Positions 27,782 through 42,752 of a stretch of 64,000 nucleotides of DNA are shown here, one piece after another. The notes under the pieces were generated by a model, which was given only the letters and a program-made list of their open reading frames with translations, was not told the DNA's origin and searched no databases. Position numbers and translations under genes: made by a program. Source of the stretch: Ginglymostoma cirratum (taxonomy: Eukaryota); the NCBI GenBank assembly GCA_024137785.1, contig JAHRHZ010000217.1, forward strand, positions 9,281,641 to 9,345,640, given 5' to 3'. The first letter of the stretch is position 1, and every line of letters starts with the position of its first letter.

Positions 27782-28940
27782 GGGAAGGTAATGGCCTAGT
27801 GGAACTATCGCTAGACTATTAATCCAGAAACTCAGCTAACATTCTGGTGACCTGGGTTCAAATCCTGCCACAGTAGATGGTGGAATTTGAGTTCAATTAA
27901 AATTATCTGGAATTAAGAATCTACTGGTGATCATGAAACCATTGTCCATTGTTGTAAAAACCTATCTGGTTCAATAATATCCTTCAGGGAGGGAAATCTA
28001 CCATCCTTGCCTGGGCTGACCTACATGTGACTCCACTCCCACAGAAATATGGTTGAGTCTTAACTGCCTTCTGATATGTAAGCCCTCCTTACTAACATCT
28101 GCTGGCTAGTGCCAAAATTGGGAGAGCTGTCGCACAGACTAGTCAAACAACAGTCTGTAATACTCATGGAATCAAACCTTGCAGGCAATGTCCTAGAGAC
28201 AACTATCACCGTCGCTGGATATGTCCCGTCTCACAGGCAGAGGTGGCGGCACAGTGGTATACAGTCGGGAGGGAGTTACCATGGGAGCTCTCAACATTGA
28301 CTTCAACCCCATGAAGTGTCGTGACTTCAGGTTAAAAGTGGGCAAGGAAAGCTCATACTGATTACCACATACCGTTCTTCCTCGGCTGATGAATCAGTAC
28401 TCCTGCGTGTTGAACAACGCTTGGAGGAAGCACTGAGGGTAGCAAGGGTGCAAAACGTTCTCTGGGTGGGGATGTCAATGTCCATGATTGGCTCGGCAGC
28501 AAGGTGGTTGGTCCCTAAAGGGCATTGCTGTTAGACCAGATGTGCAGCAGGTGGTGAGGGAATAAATGAGAGGGAAAAAAGTACTTGTCCTCATCCTCAC
28601 CAACCTGCCAGGTGCTGATGTTTTGTCCATGACAGTATCGGTAAGAGTGACCACCGCACAGTCCGAGTGGACACTTGGCAAATCAAGAATGGGCATCCAT
28701 GAGATGCAAGTGAAGATACCAAAGAAGACTACTTGCATACCAAACAACATAAGAAACAAGTGGTAGATAGACCTAAGCGATTCTACACCCAGTGGATCAC
28801 ATCCAAGCTCTGCAGCCCTGCATACCCAGTTGTGAATGGTGATGAAGGAGGCAAATATCCCCATTCTCGCTGGTGAAAAAGAGCAGCGCAGCAACACAAA
28901 GAATAAGGTTGAAGTGTTCACAGCAATCCTCAGCCAGAAG
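27782..28940 (+). mobile_element. tRNA-SINE head continuous with decayed LINE endonuclease-like coding sequence
   Basis: TGGCCTAGTGG and GGTTCAAATCC boxes at 27792-27865, then KLGELSHRLVKQQ..VILMES (APE-like) remnants; a matching 3' tail resumes at 31011-31330. Confidence 0.6.
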
Positions 28941-29133
28941 TGAGCTTAAGTGGTATGGTTGGTAAGTTTGCAGATGACACCAAAATTGGTGGTGTAGTGG
29001 ATAGTGAAGAAGGTTACATCAGAATAAAGCAGGACCTTGATCAGATGGGCCAGTGGGCCAAGCAGTGGCAGGTAGAGTTTAATTTAGATAAATGTGAGGT
29101 GCTGCATCTTGGAAAGGCAAATCAGGGCGGGAC
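28941..29133 (+). mobile_element. Short CR1 RT fragment nested in a composite insertion
   Basis: GKFADDTKIGGVVDSEEG..WQVEFNLDKCEVLHLG. Confidence 0.85.
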
Positions 29134-31010
29134 TTGAGGCCAGATGCCAACTCTCTGACATCTCCTACTATCCCCTCGATCATGACCCCACCTCTGTTCA
29201 CCGAGCCATCACCTACCAGACCATCAATAACCTCTTCACCTCTGGAGATCTCCCATTCACAGCCTCCAATCTGATAGTTCCCTAACCCCGGACTGCCCGT
29301 TTCTATCTCCTATCCAAAATCCATAAACCCGCCTTCCCTGGTCGACCCATTGTCTCTGCCTGCTCCTGCTCCACCAAGCTCATCTCCTCGTACCTCAGAT
29401 CCATTCTTTCCCCTTTGGTCCAGGAACTTCCTACCTACATTCATGACACAATCCACACCTACCACCTTTTCCAAAACTTTCTATTCCCAGCCCCCAACTC
29501 CTCATCTTCACCATGGATGTACAGTTCCTGTACACCTGTAACCCCACATGGAGGGATTAAAAGCCCTCTGATTCTTCCTCTCCCTTAGGCCCACCCGGTC
29601 CCCCTCCACTGACATTCTCATTCGCTTGGCTGAACTGGTCCTCACACTCAACAACTTCACCTTCGATTCCTCCCACTTTCAACAAACCAAAGGGGTGGCC
29701 TTGGGCATCCCATCAGCCTGAGCTATGCCTGCCTCTTTATAGAGGATTTGTGGAATAGTCCCTCTTCCGCAACTACACTGGCACCACCGCTCATCTCTTT
29801 CTCCGCTAAACTGATGACTACATTCGGTGCGACCTCGTGCTCCTGCAAGGAGTTTGAACAGTTCATCAACTTCGCCAATACCTTCCATCCCGCTCTCAAA
29901 TTCACCTGGACGATTTCTAACACCTCCATCCCCTTCCTGGATCTCTCCGTTCCCATCTCTGGAAACGGACTCACCATTGACATTTATTTCAAATGCACTG
30001 GCTCCCGCAACTACCTTGACTACACTTCCTCTCACCCACCCTCCTGCAAAAATGCTATCATGTACTCCCAATTCCTCTGTCTCCACTGCATCTGCTCTCA
30101 GGATGAGGTGTTCCATTCCAGGTATCCTCCTAATTTAGGGATCATAATTTCCTCTCCTCTGTAATTAAGGACGCCCTCAACCACATCTCCTCCATTTCCC
30201 ACACTTCAGCCCTTAAACCCCCTTCCCCCAACAACAATAAGGATAGAGTCCCCTTAGTCCTCACGTGCCACCTCACCAGCCTCCGAATACAAAGCATCAT
30301 CGTCCGACATTTCAACCATCTACAATCACACCCCACCACCCAAAAGATATTTCCCTCCCACCCCTGTCCACTTTCCACAGGAACTGTTCATTCTGTGACT
30401 CCTTCGTCAGCTTTACCGTCCCCACCAATTCCTCCACCACAACTAGTACCTTTGGCGGAGCATCTGCGCCCTGCACGCAACAGCAACCCGACCTTCCAGT
30501 TGCCATCCATTTTATTTTCCCCTCCCACTCCCCTGATGACACGCCCATCCTTGGCTTCCTCCACTGTCAGATGAGGTCAAATGTAAACTGAACGAACAAC
30601 ATGTGATATTTCGCCTCAGAAGCTTACAGCCCTCTGGCTATAACATTGACTTCACCAGCTTCAAAATCCCTCCACCCGCAGCCTTATCCGATGTTGAGCC
30701 TTCCCCCTCCTCCTCGCCTCCCTGACCTGACCTAACCTGTCCATCTTCCAACTCACCCTTCCCATTTACTAATCACAATAACCCCCTACCTGCATCCACC
30801 TATCTCCAACTCTCCTACCATTTTCCAGTGCGCCACCCCATTCCCTCTATGCATTTCTGGGCTCCCCTGCTCCTCCCCAGTCCTGAAGTAGGGTTTTGGC
30901 CTGAAACGTTGACTTACCTGCCCCTTGGATGCTGTCTGGCCTGCTAAACTTTTCCAGCATCACACCGATGGACCCTGGCTTCCAGCATCTGCCGTCCTTA
31001 TTGTCTTCTT
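29134..31010 (+). mobile_element. Older, degraded Penelope-like element (RT, internally deleted endonuclease, 3' hammerhead remnant)
   Basis: EARCQLSD..DHDPT, RFYLLSKIHKP/PGRPIVS and FINFANTFHPALKFTW..FLDLSV are homologous to the 17031 copy, with many stops and frameshifts. Hammerhead-like motif at 30879-30914. Confidence 0.88.
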
Positions 31011-32816
31011 TGTATTATCATTGACCAGAAACTCAACTGGACTCATTGCATAAACCAGTGGTCACAGGAGTGAGTTTAAGAATACATCGGCGAGTAACTC
31101 ACCTCCTGACTCCCCACGTTCTACAAGTTACTCGTCAAGCTATGTACCAGCCTGACTTGGAAGTGTATCACCCATTTCTTCTTTGTCGCTGAGTCAAACC
31201 CCTGCCCTAACAGCAATGTGTGAGTACCTGCACCGCACAGAGTGTAGCAGTTCCATAAAGTGGCTCACCACCACCTTCAGGCCTGATAAGGATTGGTAAT
31301 AAATTCTGTGAATTCATAAATAAAAACAAAAGTTTAATTGTTGGAATTAAGTTGCCTTCAAATATGGTGTAAATGCAGATTAAATATTTGCTGCAGTCAA
31401 ATTGTTATTTATGGTTCAGGAAGTAACATCATTGTTCTGTTTAAGTAAGTTATCTTATTTCAAACCTGTGTCTGAAAGATGGGTAAATATGCCTTCTATC
31501 TAATTACTCAGATCAAACTAATAATGACAAAGGTACGAATGAATTGGTGCCAGAGCAAGGTCTACTAATAGACTTACGCTATATATTGTTTGAAAACACT
31601 TTGTGATCTGCCACTGTTCATAAGAATTTACCTGTTTTTTGCGCATGTTTGTTATTTTTAAACAGCGTTATATTTTAGGACTTACCAGTAGCACTTTATT
31701 GATAATAGACTTTGTGCTTTGAATGCCCCTCATTATAGAGTGGTGTTGTGCAGCAATGACAGATGGTAGCTGGATGGTGTAGTTCACAGTCTGTTTCATC
31801 CAGTTAAGGTGACTGTGACCTTTGGCAAATATTTGAGGTTCAGCATTAATGCAGTGACAGCACTACCGCGATGAATTCAATGTAAGAATCCTGTCAAGCT
31901 GTCCTGCATAATTGGTTTGTACAGTAAAAGACTTACCAGGATGTATGCTGATAATATCTTTCTCTTGTCATTCCCAAATAAAATATAATACACTGTGAAA
32001 TATGCTCAGTGCTGTATTTGGTGCATATGAACAGAAGAGACTGATGGGTGTCATCCAAAGGACTATTACAGGATAGCAATATAATCTTTACTATTTCTGT
32101 TCCCTCCTGCTTGTTTACTTTTTTTGTGAACTTCTTATTTCACATATAGTAACACATTTTTACATTCTCCTCGACTATCGAAGGAATCTGTCACAAAGCA
32201 TAATGGTCCATCATTTGCTAGTGAAGTTACAAGTTTTCCCTGAATGTAATGGCCCCATAATGAACAATGACAACATGCAGAGCTATGGTGTGCATTGGGG
32301 AATGAAGAGCAGTGACTAAGAGGGTTCTACTAGACAATGCGGCTGGGAATGGCTCCTCTGTGTGGCCTGGTGCTTACACTATGATGAGTGAAGGACTGTG
32401 CTGTTGAATGTGCAAGAACGTTCAGCAGTGCCATCAATATGTCATGAGAGGCCTTGGTTTTAACAGCTGTGCCACTATATTGACAGCGAAGGGTAACTCT
32501 GTACTGTTAACACTTGGCTAAGTGCATTGCTAGGGGTCAAAGATGGAGCCAGCACCAGGGATACCAGAAAATCCCCTGATATCTCAGCAGTGGCAACTAC
32601 TTCTGGCGATGGCAAGTAGGTAAATAGAAGAAAAGGGCTAAGATGCACACCAGAGGGGTGTGGTAAGTAGTTAATGAAGCAGGTTTGGGATGATCACATG
32701 AGAAAACACACTTGACCATGCAGAGAGAAATTCTTCATGAAATTCAGTGGAAATAACACTTAGTTAACCTAAGGAGAGATTTGGCCCAAAGTCTTTTCAC
32801 TACTGAACGTGGAAGA

Positions 32817-33166
32817 TAGAATCCCTACAGTACAGAAGGAGGCCATTTGGCCTGTTGAATCCACACCAATTCTCCGAAGAGCATCCCAACCAGAACCAGC
32901 CCCCTATCATATTCTGTAACACCACATTTACCATGGTTAATCTACCTAGCCTACATCCCTGAATACTATGGGATAATTTAGCATGGCCAACCCACCTAAC
33001 CTGTACGTCTTTGGACAATGGGAGGAAACCAGTATATCCAGAGGAAACCCATACATACAAGGGGAGAATGTGCAGACTCCACACAGACAGTCACCCAAGA
33101 GTGGAATCAAACCCAGGTCTTTGGGGCTGTGAGGCAAAAGTGTTAACCATTGAGTCACCATGCCCC
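32817..33166 (-). mobile_element. HE1/V-SINE-like SINE
   Basis: Reverse complement of the 45354 family. Confidence 0.85.
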
Positions 33167-35651
33167 CCTGCCTAAAGTAGTTTCATGGGTGATGTACAGG
33201 CCAGAAGAGTTAGATAACTAGAGAAAGACATTGGTAGTGGTATGAATATGGAAGTTCATGGGCAAGACAAGAGGTGAGGGCCCTAGATTGTCAAAAGGGA
33301 GAAGACAAATGGAGAAAAAGAAAACTAAGCTCAAATTTAAAAAATGATTCAAGAGGTACGGCCAGGTGAAGAAAAAGATTGCATACAGTGGAAAGGACCT
33401 TCAGTAGGCAGACTGACAGGAGTACTGTGGAGAGACTTCAACGAAATAGGGGAGGTTACAGCCTGAGGCCCTGTCAATCAGACTGACTGTCAAGCCGGAA
33501 ATTTGGAGAAGATATTCAAATACTCTTTGAAGAAAACTTATTTTTGGATTTCCTGCCAGCTGTTGGAATCTAAATTCAACAAATAAAACCTAGAATTGAA
33601 AGCTCCTGTTAGTCGTAGTGACTCTGAAGCTATCATTGATTGTTGTAAACTTATTGAGCAAGTAACACCTCTCAAGGGCAACTGGGGATAGGCAACAAAT
33701 GTTGACCTTACCTAAACCCCATGAGATAAGAAATAAAATTAGAAATCACCCATTTGTGGCTTGACTCAAAGGGTAGTCTGAAGTCTTCACAGTACCAGGG
33801 ACAGAGGTGGAAGCAGCTCGGGCAGTCTAGGGACTTTGGGATGCCTCAAAATGGTGCTGTAGTAATGTTTCAAAAGGAAACCAAGAGTAGATGGGTAACC
33901 CCTCTGAAGAGATTGTAGGAGCTACTGGTGCTGTCTTTCTTGATCATTGCCCGGTCTTTTGGTCTATGGAGCCTCAGTCTCTGATGTTCCCCTGAGTCAC
34001 CACAGAGAGGCTACCTCTCAATAACAGGGGGCCATAATTGTAGAAGGTTTAGTGGGGATTTCATGAAATTTTTTCTCACTCAAAGGGTGGTGGAGGTCTG
34101 GAATGCAATGCCTGGGAGTATTGAGGCGGAAAACCTCACAACTTTTCAGAAGTGCTTGAATGAGCACTTGAGGTGTCATAACATTCAAGGCTATGGGCCT
34201 AGTGCGGAAAAAAAGGGATCAGTATAGGTGATAGCATATTTTTGACAATCCAGATTCGATGGGCCAATAGGTCTCTTCTATATTGTATGATTCTACATGG
34301 CAGCAATTGTCAAGTCACCAGTAAAATGCTGGTGGCATGCAAAATGTTGTGAATAATGACAAAATGTTGCAGGAAATTTGGGAAATCAGCTACATAATTT
34401 AATGCATCCTCTGTTACAAGGTTGTATGAGGTTTAGAACATTGGTTGTGTTGTTTCTGTATCACTAATTCAAAAAGAAACAACACTGCAACAGTAGTGAA
34501 TCACTATAAAGGCAAAAGTAATTGTACATATCATAGATGTTATTGAATTTGAGAAAATAATACAAATTCAGTCTTCAAATAAACATGAGCTGTTCTCATA
34601 GTTTTATTTAAATCTAATGATTTCATTATTGCTTTGAAATATATATTTTGCTTCTATCTGATCGGTTTGGAGATTGTGGGCTGGATTTTCATGGAGTCAG
34701 CCTGACTTAACAAGCCTGTAAATGCAGCAGTTATAATACCGGGATTTTGGCCTCCATTTCTGGCATCAGTAATTTTTGCTTATGACCATTTGGCTGAGCT
34801 CCAAATTCACTTGTGTGGCTAAGTTCAGCAATGATCTGTATAGAGAAGATTGTGCAGAATGTTGTAGATTTACTCCATCCAGGTTTATTGGGCACTGTCA
34901 TCATTAAGAGCATGCACCTCTGCAGAACCTCCTTAGCCTGGGGCATGAGTCCCCAGAGTCACCTTCATAGAACATACAGCATAGAACAGTACAGCACAGT
35001 CCAGGCCCTTCGGCCCACAATGTTATGCCGACCTATTATCCTGCTAAGATCAAACTACCCTGCATACCCTACATTATATTATCATCCATATGCATACCCT
35101 ACATTATACTATCATTCATCTCACCACCTCAGTTCAGTGTAAGATCAGTTCTGGTTAATTAGTCTCCCAGAAACTGAACCAGAGTTAGTCGCTTTATATC
35201 ACTATCCCTGCTATTAATTTAGCTTTCAATTTTCCTGCCTTTCAACTGTTCCACATAAACACCTCTCCACAGCCTACCTGTACTGCTCTACTGATAAAAG
35301 CTCAGCCCTGACAACCCTGGGCTTTTCTTTTGAATTAAATTGCTTTCCGTTTTCAAAGCAACATGAGATCAGAAACTGATTTTCTGGAAACTTGATCTCA
35401 CAGCCAAAAATTTAAGGCCTCTCCCAAAAAAATCTGAAGTTTTAGTTTCCCTTTCAGTTGGGGACTTCCTTGAAAAACACAGTCTCTGGAACCAAAGTCA
35501 GTGTACCCACCAAAGCATTCAATAAGCCATTGGTGTAGCCAATTAATTGCACATGCTTCCACCTGATCCTGAAAGCTGCATCATATGGAATGGAAATACT
35601 TTCATGGCTCCAGCTGTCATCAGGACGATGGTGGGAGCGGAGTCAGGGACC

Positions 35652-35955
35652 CTTGGTTGCAGTAGGCCCAGAGTGGGGTCTCCTGGTTATTGGTGTGGCG
35701 GTGGTGGCAGTTCCTAGTTGTGGTAGGCCCTGAGCAGGGTCTCCTGGTTATTGGTGTGGCGGTGGTGGCAGCTCCTAGTTGTGGTAGGCCCAGAGCGGGG
35801 TCTCCTGGTTATTGGTGTGGTGGTGGTGGAAGCCCCTAGGTGTGGTAGGCCCAGAGCAGGGCCTCCTGGTTATTAGCGTGGTGTCAGCTCCTGGTTGTGG
35901 TAGGCCCAGAACCAGGGTTTCCTGGTTATCAGTGAGGCGGTGGCAGCAGAGCTAT
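35652..35955. repeat. GC-rich minisatellite, about 5 copies of a 61-bp unit
   Basis: GGTAGGCCC.GAG..GGG.CTCCTGGTTATTGGTGTGG.GGTGGTGG.AG.TCCTAGTTGT recurs at 61-nt spacing, with later units degenerate. Confidence 0.9.
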
Positions 35956-37337
35956 GGGCTCCTAGCTGCAGGACGAGTGTGGGTCCAGCACAGAATCAGG
36001 CATCGGCAGCTGGTCGGTGAGGTTGGCCCAGTGACAAAGAGATGGCAGCTGAAGAGTGGTGACTCAGATAATGGTGCGTCCAGCGCAGGCGGTGGTGGGG
36101 GTATCGTTGTTTGGCTGGCTCAGGGCTTGGGACTCGTGGTGGAGATGACAAAGTGAAGGCGGACTTTCTTTTGGCCCTTATCTTTTTATTCTTAAAATAT
36201 TGAAATGGTGGCAGATTGTGGAGACAGCTGAAACTTTTCATTGTATTTTGCTGTGTTATTCATTGTAGACTACAAGTGACATTAAATCATTATTCATTCA
36301 AATGCCTCAAGAAAAATAGGGATCTACAAAAATAATAACATGGATTTAAATTGGTCAGTGGAATTAGAGGCAATGTTGAGGATATGGTTGATGTTTGAGG
36401 TGACAAGAACAGACTGATTTAATTTATTTTTCTCCTTTAAGTGCTGTGTTAATGCTGCTGACTATTATTTGATACCATAAACGTTGGCTGTCTTACATGT
36501 AATTTGTCCAGGTTTAGACTTTGCTGGTAATTTGTGACACAGCCTCCCAAAGACATCTCACTATAGATTGTGTGACAGCACGAGCCTCACCCATGGTCCC
36601 CTAGGTATTATTGAGAAGTTTTCAACAACGTGTCAACGCAGCATCCTTCAGGGATAGAACTGCTTAACGAATTCCACTCTGAATGAGACTGGTCAATGCC
36701 AGTGTCAGATGTGGCCCATTTCTTCCAAAGAATAAGAACTTGAAAATAAGCAAAGTGTGTGCTTTTACATCATGCTTCATAAACAAGGAGAGATGCATTC
36801 AGTGCACCAATGTGAGATTGAGTGGTTGACCTCAATCTGCTTGTGTTGAAGGAGAAAAAAGCCCAGTCAGTCTCCTCTCTAAATTGCTTGGTGATCATAA
36901 GCAATGTATTTTTCTTTGTTTCAATCTTTATCCCCATCTTTATCTGTTTTGAAAAAATTATATCTGTTTTTGTAGCCATTGGTCCTGCTCTCGGTGGGGA
37001 GCAGGATTTATGTGGAATGTGCATTGAAGTCAAACGTGCAAAATTACTGTATTGGTTGGCCTTTTAAGAATGGCTGTCCTGCTGGGAATGAGTATCTTCT
37101 GTTTGGATATGCTTCCAATTGATTTATCACTTTCAGAGATCTGACAGGTCATCTTCACAGTTGCTCCAGTGTAATAGAGAGGCATGTAAATGTCTTCATT
37201 AATTTCCAGTTTGTGCTTTGAACTAGTTTGAAAGCTGATTATCTCACATTCAATGAGAATTCTTAAGCTGACCTTCTCCAGATGGCATCGAAACCTAAAG
37301 TTGTGAAACCGTTCTCAGGCAGAATATGATAAAGTCA

Positions 37338-37445
37338 ATTCTAAAAACAGAGTCATATTGGACCCGAAACATTAACTCTGTCTCTATTTCCACAGATGCT
37401 GCTGGATCTGCTGAGTTTCTCCAGCATGTTCTGCTTTTATTTAAA
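37338..37445 (+). mobile_element. Decayed hammerhead-type terminal remnant
   Basis: GAGTC-ATATTG-GACCC-GAAAC-ATT-AACT and the shared tail; CTGANGA box is destroyed. Confidence 0.6.
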
Positions 37446-38215
37446 ATCAATGTTGTTCCAACTCTGTTAGATTTCCAACAAAACATTTCACCCTTGAACA
37501 TGAGAAGATTTAACAGTGTAGATTTACCACACTGTGTGCTGCTGTTCTGTTTTCATTAGTATTTTCCAGGATTAAAGTTTAATTTTTGTTTTTTGCTAGA
37601 AGCTACTGCTTTCCTGGAAGTGTAGGCATTTAGACTATTTGCTAGAACGTTACTGCAGGTACAGTGTTTCAAATCTGTTTATCTGATACCTAAAAGCCAG
37701 ACATTTTTTAGGCTGCCAAACACCAATTTTAATTATCATTAGATGAGTGAAATAAGTTATTGTTCGTTTGGCTAGTTGTTAGATTTATGGGGTGCTGTGC
37801 TAATTTGTTATCAGCTTTGTGTGTCTACCTTTTCCCATGCTAAATGGTTTGGGTGACTCTTGGCCTAACCAACCTGGCCCAAACCGGAAAACCATCAAGA
37901 TCCTAAATCTAGCCGAGACTCAGTCCTGGGATTGCTAGTTTGAGACACTATGTCCTAACTAAATTTGTGTCCCTCAGTAACAGTGATGGGGCCAAATGAA
38001 TTCATTCAATTATGAACTAGACTGGCCACTATAGTTATCAGTATCTCATTCTAAGGCATGCAGTCTTAACATTGCCCATCCACATCTTGCTCGTGTTTGG
38101 TTTCCTGTTCCATGTAACTTTGTGTGCAGGGCCCCAGAAGTTATTCTACCTCTTCCCATTTTTGAAAGATCCCGAGGCAGTCACAGTTGACTTTGACTTG
38201 AATATCTAGTTATAA

Positions 38216-39134
<919 letters not shown>

Positions 39135-39854
39135 GCGGTAATATAATGAGGTTTGTAATGAAGAGATCACTGGACATAAGTCCAAGTATGATTCTTTGTA
39201 GTCAGGTTACATTACCAGATTTTTTGTTAGATTTCTAACAATGTATATATATTTTATATGCATCTAACTATATTGTTTATATTGTTTACATTCGGCTCTT
39301 TGAGCCTGCTCTGCCATTCATTACAATCATGATCATCCAATTCAATTGCCTGCTCCTGCTTTTCCTTCCTATCCTTTGATCCCTTTAGCCCCAAGTGGTA
39401 TATCCAACTCCTTCTTGAAATTGTACAATCATCTGCCTCTTGCCCTATCCTCCCCAGAAGGAAAAGCCAGTAAAACTTGCAGATGATGCATACTGGTTTG
39501 GCTTGTCTTGTATACCTCAGTAAAATGCTTCAGTAGAACTAGCACAGTCATTTCTAAGTACTTACTGTGTTTTCTGTCTGGAGATGTGGGCTGGGTCGAT
39601 GCAAATTTGTTCACTGTTCCAGATGGTTTTGTATTTTAATCTCTAACACAGACCCAAAAAGGTTTTTAAGATTCAGTAAGCATAACTCTGATATGCTTAT
39701 TAATGAGCATTGTATTAATCTGTCATGGGTAAATTTATGCAAATGTACCAAAAGTCCATATATTCAGAGAAAGATTAGCATACAAAGATTTGCAATCTTA
39801 AATAAAATTCAAAGCCAGAACCTTCTCTAGGTTATCTTCCTCTACTTGTTTAAT

Positions 39855-41780
39855 GTAAGAACATAAGAACCAGGAGCAGGAGTTGGCCATCTGGCCCTTC
39901 GAGCCTGCTCCACCATTCAATAAGGACATGGCTAATCTTTTTGTGGCCTAAACTCCACTTATCCATCCTCTCGCCATAACCCTTAATTCCTTTACTGTTC
40001 AAAAATTATCCACCTTAGCTTCAAAAACATTCAATGAGCAAACCTCAACCAATTCACCGGGCAGGGAATTCCACAGATTCACAACCCTTTTGTTGAAGAA
40101 GTTCTTCCTCAATTCAGTCCTAAACCAGCTCCCCATAATTTTGAGGCTCTGCCCTCTTGTTCTAGTTTCAGCTGCCAGTGGACACATCTCCCTGCTTCTA
40201 TCTCATCTATTTCCTTCATAATTTTATATGTTTCTATAAGATCCCCCCTCATTCTTCTAAATTCCAATGAATGTAATCCCAATCTACTCAGTCTGTCCTC
40301 ATAAACTAACCCTCTCAACTCCAGAATCAACCTAGTGAATCTCCTGTGCACCCCCCTCCAGTCTCAAGTAAGGCAACAAATACTGCACGTAGTGGACCAG
40401 GTGTGGTCTCATCAGCACCCTATGCAGCTGTAACATAACGTTCATGCTTTTAAACTTAATCCCTCTAGCAATGAAGGACACAGTTCCATTTGCCGTCTTA
40501 ATTACCTGTTGCACCTGCAAACCAACCTCTGTGATTCATGTACAAGGACACCCAGATCCCTCTGCACAGCAGCTTGCTGCAGTTTTTTTTAACCATCCAA
40601 ATAATAGTCCGTTTTACTGTTATTCCTACCAAAATGGATGGCTTCTCATTTATCAGCAATGTATTCCATCTGCCAGACCTTTGCCCACGCACTTAACCAA
40701 TCTATATCCCTCTGCAATCTTTCAGAGTCTTCTGCACACTTTGCTATACAATTCATCTTAGTGTATTTGGCAAACTTTGACACATTACATGTGGTCTTCA
40801 ACTCCAAATCTGTGTATATTGTAAACAATTGCGGTCCCAGCACTTTTCCCTGAGGCACACCACGAGTCGCTGATTGCCAACCAGAAAAGCACTCATTTAT
40901 CCCACTCTTTGCTTCCTGTTAGTTAACCAATCCTCTGTCCATGATAATACATTACTCGAAATGCTGTGCACCTTTGTCTTATGCAGCAGCCTTTTGTGCA
41001 GCACCTTGTCAAACGCTTTTTGGAAATCTAGGTACACCACATCTACTGGGTCCCTGTTGTCCATGGCACTTGTAGAGTCTTCATAGAATTCTAGTAAATT
41101 AGCTAAGCATGACCTACCCTTCATGAACCCATGCTGCATCTGCCCAATGGAACAATTTCTATCTAGATGTCTTGCTATTTCTTCCTTGCTGACAGATTCA
41201 AGCATTTGCCCCTCTACTGAAGTTAAAATAACTGGCTTATAATTCCTCATCTTTTGTCTACCTCCATTTTTTAAATAGTGACATCATTTTTGCTGTTTTC
41301 CAATCTGCTGGAACAGCCCCAAAGTCTAGCAAATTTGGAAAATTACCGCGAGCACACTTGCTATTTCTCCTGCCACCTCTTTGAGTACCCTAGGATGCAT
41401 TCCATCAGGGCCAGGAGACTTGTCTACCTTTAGCTCCACGAACTTGCTCAACACTACCTGTTTCACGATAATGATCGTTTCTCGGTCCTCACCTACCTTA
41501 GTCTCCTTGTCATCAATTACTGGCAAGTTATTCGTGTCCTCCACTGTGAAGACCAACACAAAATACTTGTTCAATGTCTCAGCTATTTCCTCATTTCCTG
41601 TTATTAAATCCCCCTTCTCATCCTGTAAAGGACCAATGTTTACCTTAGCCACTCTTTTTCATTTTATATGTTTGTAGAAACTTTTGCTATCTGTCTTTAT
41701 ATTCTGAGCTACTTTACTCTCATACTCTATCTTATTTTCCTTATACCTCTTTTTGTGGTTTTCTATTGACCTTTAAAGTA
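39855..41780 (-). mobile_element. CR1-clade LINE, 3' about 1.9 kb
   Basis: KSPGPDGMHPRVLKE, QHGFMKGRSCLANLLEFYE, YLDFQKAFDKV, PQGKVLGP, WNSLP; GTTCTTAT-type tail. Confidence 0.92.
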
Positions 41781-42288
41781 ATGGCCATGCATTCTATGAA
41801 GATGAAAGTCAGTAATTATTTTCTTCCTAAACTGTTCCTAATTTATATAGTAGTAACTAGGAATAGATGAATTTGTAGATTGTATACTGCAGTGTAAGGG
41901 AAAATAGGTCCCTGCCTCTGTAAGGACAGTTACATTTTGATATAATTATTGTTGAAAACTTAGTTAAGAAGTGACCTTTAGATTATCATAGATGTAGCTT
42001 AGTTAAGAAGTGGCACATTCATTTACTGAAAACCCTTTCACAGTACCAGCTGTTGCCTACAACAATTTGTACTTATATAGGGACCTTAATGTGACAAAAC
42101 ATGCCCAGGGTGCTTCATAACACCAGTTACTAAACTGAACATAATGCCAAGCCATACAAGATAATATTCAGGCAAATAACCAAAAACTTGACCAACAGAG
42201 TGTCTTAAGTAAGGAAAGGCAGAGAAGTTGAGGAGCTTAGAATTTTGGAGTTTAGGACCGGGGTAACTGAAATGACACCTGTCAATTG

Positions 42289-42752
42289 TCATAGAGTCAT
42301 AGAGCTGTACAACACGGAAATAGACCCTTCAATCTGACTCATGCATGCCGACCAGATATCCTAAATTAATCTAGTTCCATTTGCCAGCATTTGACACATA
42401 TCTCTGTAAACCCCTCCAATTCATATACCCATCCAGATGCCTTTTAAATGTTGAAACTGTACCAGCCTCCACCACTTCCTCCAGCAGCTCATTCCACACA
42501 TGCACCACCCTCTGCATGAAAAGGTTAGCCCTTAGGTCACTTTTAAATCTTTCCCATTTCACTTTAAACCAATGCCCTCTAGTTTTGGACTCCCCTACCC
42601 TGGGGAAAAGACCTTGTCAGTTCACCCTATCCATGCCCTTCATGATATATAAACCTCTGCAAGATCACCCCTCTGCCTCCAGTGCTCCAGGGAAAATAGC
42701 CCCAGCCTATTCAGCCTCTCCCTTTAGCTCAAATCCTCCAACCCTGGCAACA
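42289..42752 (-). mobile_element. CR1 LINE 3' fragment, same subfamily as 7240
   Basis: Close match to 7241-7690, including the CATAGAGTCATAGAG tail. Confidence 0.88.

Noticed and set aside
35652-35955. CRISPR-like array or a 114-aa protein
   Set aside because: Contiguous tandem units with no unique spacers in a vertebrate context; this is a minisatellite.
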